Part shown: piece by piece, positions 58,766 to 64,000 of the stretch
Numbering within the stretch: the stretch's first letter is position 1
How the letters are laid out: each line of letters opens with the position of its first letter
IMG/VR virus record: IMGVR_UViG_3300031718_000001
Coordinates: 32,001 to 96,000 of that record
Reading direction: 5' to 3' (one strand)
DNA length: 64,000 nucleotides
DNA from: a virus
The notes under the pieces: model-generated
The model's database searches: none
Told to the model about the DNA's origin: nothing
Seen by the model: the letters and a program-made list of their open reading frames with translations, nothing else
Made by a program: the position numbers and the translations under genes

Positions 58766-58929
58766 CGGAGCCGGATGTACACCGGCTTGCTGGAGCCCGG
58801 CCTTGCTAACCGGGTGCGGTGCTGAGTGTTAGCAGCACGGTGATCCGGCTGGGCGGCAGCGCCGTCCGATGGTGATCCAGGGACGATGCGAGGTCGTCGG
58901 CACCACTGACTGAGGTTCGGTACACGGCT

Positions 58930-59001
58930 GCGGGTAGAGGGCAGAAGGCGCTGCCACCCCTCGCAAGGGGGAGACTCCCGTTCGATTCGAGGATCGCCGC
59001 A
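58930..59001 (+). tRNA. Degenerate tRNA-like element, possibly Cys(GCA)
   Basis: CCCC-TCGCAAG-GGGG arm and TTCGATT T-loop, but poor D arm and acceptor stem. Confidence 0.35.
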
Positions 59002-59110
59002 GACGCAGTGGCCGCGTTTCCCTAGCAAGCGGAGGCGAAAACCGCAGGACGGCAGAAGCTTGCAGGTGGCCAGGGTGGTATAGCCGCGCGGCACTACCCT
59101 GGCGCCGATT

Positions 59111-59184
59111 CGGGCTGTAGCGCAGCTTGGCAGCGCGCCGCGTTCGGGACGCGGAGGCCGCCGGTTCAACTCCGGCCAGCCCGA
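59111..59184 (+). tRNA. tRNA-Pro(CGG)
   Basis: CCGCG-TTCGGGA-CGCGG. Confidence 0.9.
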
Positions 59185-59223
59185 CCTAAGATCTGAGACA
59201 GACTGCTGGCGGAGGGAAGCGCG

Positions 59224-59430
59224 ATGTGGCTGTTCGAGGCCCTGACGGTCCTGGTGGCGGGCGGGGCAGTGAGCCTGTACCTGCTCCTGCTGTTCTGGGG
59301 CGTTGTCATTTTCGGCATGCGGGCGCGCGAGATTCCTGCCCTGGCCTGGAGCATGGTCGCCGGCTGGGAGCAGCAGAACCGGCTCAAGGCCATCCTGGCA
59401 GCCAGGAAAGGTACGAACGCGGTCAGGTAG
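59224..59430 (+). CDS. Small membrane protein
   Basis: GGAGG SD; hydrophobic N-half; 3' end overlaps tRNA-Phe. Confidence 0.55.
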   Translation: MWLFEALTVLVAGGAVSLYLLLLFWGVVIFGMRAREIPALAWSMVAGWEQQNRLKAILAARKGTNAVR

Positions 59431-59494
59431 CTCAGTCGGTACGAGCGCCTGCCTGAAAAGCAGGAGGTCGCCGGTTCGATGCCGGCCCTGACCA
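59421..59494 (+). tRNA. tRNA-Phe(GAA)
   Basis: CCTGC-CTGAAAA-GCAGG. Confidence 0.9.
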
Positions 59495-59829
59495 CGAGAT
59501 CGGCGATCGACGGTCTTTGGCCCCCGCGGTAAGCGCATCGGGGGGTAGAGCGGCGGCAGGTTTGCGGCCGGGTGATGAGCCTGGCCTGACCCTTCGATGG
59601 GAGCGCTGCGCGATGGGGCTTCATGAGGCCCCGTAAGTCAGGTAGCGAAGCGGTGTGACTCCGTACTGGGCGCGGCCGAGGCGTGCACGCTGAATCCGTG
59701 AGGGTCCGACTCCCGGCGAATGGCCAGCTACCTGGCGTAGGTCCCTGGGGAAGGTAACGACGCCCCTGTGAGCCGGGCCGCAAGCCCGGCAACAGCAGGC
59801 TCCGGCTCGACCAAGCCAGGGACCGCCCT

Positions 59830-59900
59830 GCGGGCGTGGCTCAATGGCAGAGCACCAGCCTTCCAAGCTGGCCACGCGGGTCCGATTCCCGTCGCCCGCT
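59830..59900 (+). tRNA. tRNA-Gly(TCC)
   Basis: CCAGC-CTTCCAA-GCTGG. Confidence 0.88.
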
Positions 59901-60150
59901 CGTATAGTCGGAGCATGATGCTCCGCCAGGTAAGGCTCCGGTCAGGCAGCACCGAGCTGACCTGCTGGATGGAATCCCGGGTCAGGATGGGAGATGTCAT
60001 CACGCTGAAGAACAGCGATTCCCCGGGGGTTCTCTGGTCCGTCGAATGGGCCGGCAGCCAGCTTCGCGAGCCCCTGTCGATCAACAGGGGCTGGAGCAAT
60101 AACATCTAGCACGCGCGCCGCTAGCTCAGAGCAGTGGTATCCTTAAACAC

Positions 60151-60585
60151 GTGCCAAGAGACCGTGAGCTGTACAACGCTTACATGGCGTCGTACATGAA
60201 GAGCTGGTACGACCGCAGGCATGCCGAGGCTGTGGCGGCTCTGGGCGGGCACTGTGCACATCCTGGTTGTTATGAGGTCGATGACCTTCAGTTTGACCAC
60301 ATCGACCCGCAAACAAAGACCATGACGATCGCTAGGATGTGGACTGCCTCAGAGGAGCGGTTCCAGACAGAACTGAAGAAGTGCCAACTCCTTTGCTGGC
60401 CGCATCACCTGGAGAAGACGCTCGCAGAGAAGAACCAGCGCTCTGCGCGCGGAACGCACGGTACGGTGACCGCTTACCGCTACTGCGGACCTCCAAAGTG
60501 TGAGGCGTGCAGGGCCGCCAAGCGTTCCGCGCCCAGCTACAAGGCACGCGCCGCTAACTCAACTGGTAGAGAGCCGCACTCTTAA
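60151..60585 (+). CDS. HNH endonuclease whose 3' end overlaps tRNA-Lys
   Basis: LGGHC..C....LQFDHIDP..K...EL.KCQLLC..HH..KT; C-terminal HGT...Y..C..C..C. Confidence 0.88.
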   Translation: MPRDRELYNAYMASYMKSWYDRRHAEAVAALGGHCAHPGCYEVDDLQFDHIDPQTKTMTIARMWTASEERFQTELKKCQLLCWPHHLEKTLAEKNQRSARGTHGTVTAYRYCGPPKCEACRAAKRSAPSYKARAANSTGREPHS

Positions 60586-60620
60586 TGCGGAAGTTCGGGG
60601 TTCAAGTCCCTGGCGGCGCA
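60548..60620 (+). tRNA. tRNA-Lys(CTT)
   Basis: CCGCA-CTCTTAA-TGCGG; its first 14 nt are duplicated at 60115-60128. Confidence 0.85.
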
Positions 60621-60775
60621 CGCAAGTCGTTGTCATTAGCAGGAAAAGCTGTATTATGGAGTCATCCCGGTTCCGCAGGGACAGAACGAAAGCTAGCGCC
60701 TCGCTCCCGGCAAGAGCGTTATAGGGCCTCCGCTTGCGGAGGTGGCGTTTCCCCTGCGGTGCCAGGATCTCCGGC

Positions 60776-60857
60776 GGGCGAGTGGCGGAATGCAGACGCG
60801 CCGGCCTCAAAAGCCGGTGTCCGCGAGGACGTGAGGGCGCGAATCCCTCCTTGCCCA
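60776..60857 (+). tRNA. tRNA-Leu(CAA)
   Basis: CCGGC-CTCAAAA-GCCGG; long variable arm; atypical T-loop. Confidence 0.82.
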
Positions 60858-61022
60858 CAAGCGCCGACGGCGAGCGCCGAGCAGACCAGGACGGGCAGCC
60901 CCCGTCCCAGGTGCCGGCGCGGGGCGCGGTATCAAGTACCGGATCGTCCGTCCGGGTGGCGCCCGGAGGAGGAGGGGACTACGCAGACCCGACCTGTCCT
61001 GAGTGGATCGGGCCGCGTGCCA

Positions 61023-61094
61023 TGGGGTATTGGGTAATTGGCAGCCCGCAAGGTTCTGGACCTTGTCGTCCTGGTCCGAGTCCAGGTACCCCAG
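61023..61094 (+). tRNA. tRNA-Gln(CTG)
   Basis: CAAGG-TTCTGGA-CCTTG. Confidence 0.88.
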
Positions 61095-61168
61095 CATGGC
61101 CGCGCTCTGCTTGCGGCCGAGGTCCCAGCCTCGGTTCTGGGCACAGGCGGAGACGGCCGCAGTACCAG

Positions 61169-61242
61169 GCCCCGATAGCTCAGTCGGCCAGAGCGTCCCA
61201 CTCGTAATGGGAAGGTCGCCGGTTCGATGCCGGCCCGGGGCT
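61169..61242 (+). tRNA. tRNA-Thr(CGT)
   Basis: TCCCA-CTCGTAA-TGGGA. Confidence 0.88.
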
Positions 61243-61375
61243 CGTGTGGACAGCTCGTATCGAGGAGTGCCCGGTCTGCCATAAGGGCGTGGCCGTACGG
61301 CCGCTGACCGGCCGGCTCTGGCGGCACGGCCAGGAGACATGCTGCCCTGGCAGCGATAAGACAGCAGGAGAACTG

Positions 61376-61460
61376 GTCCGAATGGCGGAAATGGCAGACG
61401 CGCCAGCTTGAGGTGCTGGTGCCCGCGCAGGGCGTCCGGGTCCGAATCCCGGTTCGGACA
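61376..61460 (+). tRNA. tRNA-Leu(GAG)
   Basis: CCAGC-TTGAGGT-GCTGG. Confidence 0.88.
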
Positions 61461-61557
61461 CGGTGAGGAGATCCAGGACTGGCGCTCCTGGCCGGTCCCC
61501 GGGGCCGGTAGCTCAAGATGCCGGCCGCCCGGGTGGCCAGAGCGCCTCACATGACTT

Positions 61558-61630
61558 GCCGGTCTAGCTCAGTTGGCAGAGCGCCCGTCTTGTAAACGGG
61601 AGGTGATCGGTTCGAGGCCGTTGACCGGCT
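61558..61630 (+). tRNA. tRNA-Thr(TGT)
   Basis: CCCGT-CTTGTAA-ACGGG. Confidence 0.88.
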
Positions 61631-61635
61631 CTCGT

Positions 61636-61708
61636 TCCGGGGTGGGTTGACGGTATCCCGGCCGGGTTTTGGCCCCGGCGCACGCTGGTCCGACTCCAGC
61701 TCCCGGAG
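61636..61708 (+). tRNA. tRNA-Gln(TTG)
   Basis: CCGGG-TTTTGGC-CCCGG. Confidence 0.78.
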
Positions 61709-61719
61709 CACAGTGACTT

Positions 61720-61793
61720 GCCTCCATAGCTCAGTTGGAACGAGCGCGCCCCCGGTACGGGCGAGGTCACCGGTTCGGCTCCGGTTGGAGGCT
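61720..61793 (+). tRNA. tRNA-Thr(GGT)
   Basis: CGCCC-CCGGTAC-GGGCG. Confidence 0.82.
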
Positions 61794-61806
61794 CGCAGTA
61801 AAGCAC

Positions 61807-61879
61807 GCGGACGTAGCTCAGTTGGTAGAGCGCTACCTTGCCAAGGTAGGGGTCGCGGGTCCGAAGCCCGTCGTCCGCT
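61807..61879 (+). tRNA. tRNA-Gly(GCC)
   Basis: CTACC-TTGCCAA-GGTAG. Confidence 0.9.
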
Positions 61880-61961
61880 CTGAGATCACGACCCGAGATA
61901 ACTGGTGCCGGGACGGAACTCCATGCCAATACCTAATCCGTTTAGCGGCGTGATCTCTTGA

Positions 61962-62047
61962 GTCCGGGTGGTGGAATAGGCAGACACGCACGGTTCAGGC
62001 CCGTGTGTCCCTCGCGGGACATGAGAGTTCAACTCTCTCCTCGGACA
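61962..62047 (+). tRNA. tRNA-Leu(CAG)
   Basis: CACGG-TTCAGGC-CCGTG. Confidence 0.88.
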
Positions 62048-62051
62048 CGTT

Positions 62052-62138
62052 GGAGCGGTCGCCTAGTCAGGCCTAGGGCGCGTAACTGCTAATTACGTAG
62101 GGGTAACACCCTCGCGGGTCCGAATCCCGCCCGCTCCG
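62052..62138 (+). tRNA. tRNA-Ser(GCT)
   Basis: CGTAA-CTGCTAA-TTACG. Confidence 0.88.
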
Positions 62139-62142
62139 CTCT

Positions 62143-62229
62143 GGGAGGTTCGCCTAGTGGCCTATGGCGCCCGGCCGGAAACCGGGTTGGGAGTAACGCC
62201 CCTCGCGGGTCCGAATCCCGCACCTTCCG
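62143..62229 (+). tRNA. tRNA-Ser(GGA)
   Basis: CCCGG-CCGGAAA-CCGGG. Confidence 0.85.
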
Positions 62230-62230
62230 C

Positions 62231-62425
62231 TCAGATCTCGATCCGGATCATCTGCTCCGGCAGCGGCCGGTGCACCACGGCGTCGATCTCGGCCGCGAAC
62301 TCATCCGGCAGTCCATCCACCCGGTACAGCGAGCGTTTCATGAACATGGCCACGTAGTTGGCTGCTTCCTCGGGCCGGGCCAGGCCGCGCATCCTGACCG
62401 TCACCGTCACCTCGGGATCGTCCAT
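62231..62425 (-). CDS. Small hypothetical protein inserted antisense between tRNAs
   Basis: Fills the gap between two tRNA-Ser genes. Confidence 0.5.
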   Translation of the reverse strand: MDDPEVTVTVRMRGLARPEEAANYVAMFMKRSLYRVDGLPDEFAAEIDAVVHRPLPEQMIRIEI

Positions 62426-62453
62426 GCGGCCAACGTACCGAGAGTCTCCGCCT

Positions 62454-62540
62454 GGTGAGGTCGCCTAGTGGCCTAGGGCAGCCGCCCCGAAAGCGGCCAG
62501 GGTGAAATACCCCTCGTGGGTCCGAATCCCACCCTCACCG
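62454..62540 (+). tRNA. tRNA-Ser(CGA)
   Basis: GCCGC-CCCGAAA-GCGGC. Confidence 0.85.
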
Positions 62541-62549
62541 CTCTGGCAA

Positions 62550-62632
62550 GGCAGGATCGCCTAGCGGCCTAGGGCGCTCGTCCTGAAAACGAGTAGGGGC
62601 AACCCTCGTGGGTCCGAATCCCACTCCTGCCG
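62550..62632 (+). tRNA. tRNA-Ser(TGA)
   Basis: CTCGT-CCTGAAA-ACGAG. Confidence 0.85.
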
Positions 62633-62634
62633 CC

Positions 62635-62796
62635 TTAACGGCGCAGCGTGATCGGGTTCCACCCGCCGGTTGCCAGGTGCAGCGCCAGGAAGAACAGGCC
62701 GACGGCGACGACGCCGAGGGCGGAAATGCCCGATACGCCAGCAAAAGCAATGAACGCGGCTATTGCGAACGCGATGGCAGCAAAGATAGCAAGCAT
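62635..62796 (-). CDS. Small two-helix membrane protein
   Basis: MLAIFAAIAF...GLFFLALHL. Confidence 0.6.
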   Translation of the reverse strand: MLAIFAAIAFAIAAFIAFAGVSGISALGVVAVGLFFLALHLATGGWNPITLRR

Positions 62797-62833
62797 GCCA
62801 GGGAGACTGCCCTGGCGATAGTGGTTCAAACGG

Positions 62834-62908
62834 GGGCCTGTAGCTCAGCTCGGTCAGAGCGCTTGCCTGATAAGCAAGAGGTCGCTGGTTCAATTCCAAC
62901 CAGGCCCA
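62834..62908 (+). tRNA. tRNA-Ile(GAT)
   Basis: CTTGC-CTGATAA-GCAAG. Confidence 0.9.
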
Positions 62909-62909
62909 C

Positions 62910-62983
62910 GGCGGTGTAGCTCAGTTTGGTAGAGCGCCGGACTCATAATCCGATGGTCGCCGGTCCAATTCCGGCCACCGCTA
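62910..62983 (+). tRNA. tRNA-Met(CAT), elongator type
   Basis: Loop CTCATAA; paired acceptor stem. Confidence 0.85.
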
Positions 62984-63047
62984 CTCAGTTGCCGCTCAGT
63001 GAGGAGTTAACCGATGGTCAACCTGAAACAGGCCCCGCTTAATGCGC

Positions 63048-63119
63048 GGGCCGCTAGCTCAATGGCAGAGCAGCCGACTTTTAATCGGCAGCGTCGGAGT
63101 TCGACCCTCCGGCGGCCCA
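63048..63119 (+). tRNA. tRNA-Lys(TTT)
   Basis: GCCGA-CTTTTAA-TCGGC. Confidence 0.9.
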
Positions 63120-63124
63120 CCCCC

Positions 63125-63197
63125 GCTCCGTTAGCTCAGTGGACAGAGCGACTGCCTTCTAAGCAGCAGGTCACGGGTCCGAATCCCCTACGGAGCA
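63125..63197 (+). tRNA. tRNA-Arg(TCT)
   Basis: CTGC-CTTCTAA-GCAG. Confidence 0.85.
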
Positions 63198-63288
63198 CAT
63201 GAACGGCCGCGCTTAAAGACGGCCCCGGGCATCTCGCGGCGCGCAGCGAGATCTCTCTCCGGCGGTCGGTCAAGCCGCGCGGATCAGC

Positions 63289-63363
63289 GGTCCTGTCGTC
63301 TAGTCAGGCTCAGGACGCCTGCCTCTCAAGCAGGTAACACCGGTTCAAAGCCGGTCAGGACCA
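63289..63363 (+). tRNA. tRNA-Glu(CTC)
   Basis: CCTGC-CTCTCAA-GCAGG. Confidence 0.88.
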
Positions 63364-63506
63364 CTAACCGGCCGGGCACTACGGGCACGGCCGCCTAGAA
63401 CCCCTGGACGCTGGCGGACCAGCATGGGGCGCTCAGGCCGTGGTGAACAAAGTCCGTGGCAAACCCAGCCAGCGAGTCCTCTGCCCGCCTGGCCGGTTCT
63501 TTTCAG

Positions 63507-63579
63507 GCCCCCATCGACCAGTGGCCAAGGTCACCGGCCCTTCAAGCCGAGGACGCGGGTCCGAATCCCGCTGGGGGAG
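63507..63579 (+). tRNA. tRNA-Glu(TTC)
   Basis: CGGC-CCTTCAA-GCCG. Confidence 0.8.
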
Positions 63580-63607
63580 CGAGGCCAGGTAGCTTATCCT
63601 GGCAGGA

Positions 63608-63683
63608 CGCGGGGTGGAGCAGCTCGGTTGTGCTCGCTGGACTCATAATCCAGAGGTCGCCAGTTCAAATCTGGCCCCCGCTA
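63608..63683 (+). tRNA. tRNA-fMet(CAT)-like
   Basis: CGCGGGGTGGAGCAG 5' end with an unpaired first position; the anticodon stem lacks the full three G:C pairs. Confidence 0.8.
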
Positions 63684-63687
63684 CCGA

Positions 63688-63760
63688 TCCGGCGTAGCTC
63701 AGTTGGCAGAGCGCCTCTCTGTTAAAGAGGATGCCACTGGTTCGAGACCAGTCGCCGGAG
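63688..63760 (+). tRNA. tRNA-Asn(GTT)
   Basis: CCTCT-CTGTTAA-AGAGG. Confidence 0.9.
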
Positions 63761-63770
63761 CGTTTCCCGA

Positions 63771-63845
63771 GGTGGCGTAACTCAGCCAGGCCAGAGTGCC
63801 AGCCCGTCAAGCTGGAAGCCGCGGGTCCGAATCCCGTCGTCACCG
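63771..63845 (+). tRNA. tRNA-Asp(GTC)
   Basis: CCAGC-CCGTCAA-GCTGG. Confidence 0.85.
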
Positions 63846-64000
63846 CGATCAGCGAGAGTCACCGGCAGAAAGACAAGCTGCGCTGCTGTCCGGCAGCGCA
63901 CTGCTCTCGCTGGCATACGTGCGGGCCTGCCCGCGCCGACACCGCCTGGGGCAGGCCAGGATGGGAAGCGCCCGCCGGGGTGCAGCAGGCAGAGGCTGTT

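Noticed and set aside
61498-61550. GGGGCCGGTAGCTCAAG tRNA-like 5' fragment
   Set aside because: No anticodon or T arm follows; at most a remnant.
55300-64000. tmRNA, SRP, Ms1 or 6C RNA assignment in the tRNA cluster
   Set aside because: I could not find the diagnostic termini or motifs by eye; left as unassigned structured RNA.

Overview
This is a 64-kb segment of a large, GC-rich actinobacteriophage related to the Bxz1/cluster C-type myoviruses; the major capsid protein and portal are recognisably of that type from recalled motifs. Bases 1-27.3 kb hold dense, mostly minus-strand small accessory genes: two PAPS-reductase/AANH-like proteins, a TGT/DpdA-like protein, a frameshifted TOPRIM protein, WhiB, MazG, a HAD phosphatase, a cupin, and a plus-strand GH5 glycoside hydrolase. 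Many of these lie behind a ~20-bp conserved promoter box. Bases 27.3-49 kb are the plus-strand head module: portal, fibre-like proteins, a 1554-aa multidomain head protein, a protease/scaffold polyprotein, a decoration protein and the MCP. An origin-like non-coding region lies at 53.6-54.2 kb, followed by RyR-domain and BldC-like genes. From 55.3 kb to the end is a cluster of about 31 tRNA genes. The standout observations are: (i) a translationally coupled globin-FAD/NAD(P)H reductase + nitric oxide synthase gene pair inside the tRNA cluster; (ii) two HNH elements that each carry a replacement copy of the site they interrupt, one nested antisense and in frame inside the prohead protease gene; (iii) two distinct promoter-associated motifs (early and late). 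All assignments come from reading motifs by eye; no searches were run, and tRNA ends may be off by 1-2 nt.
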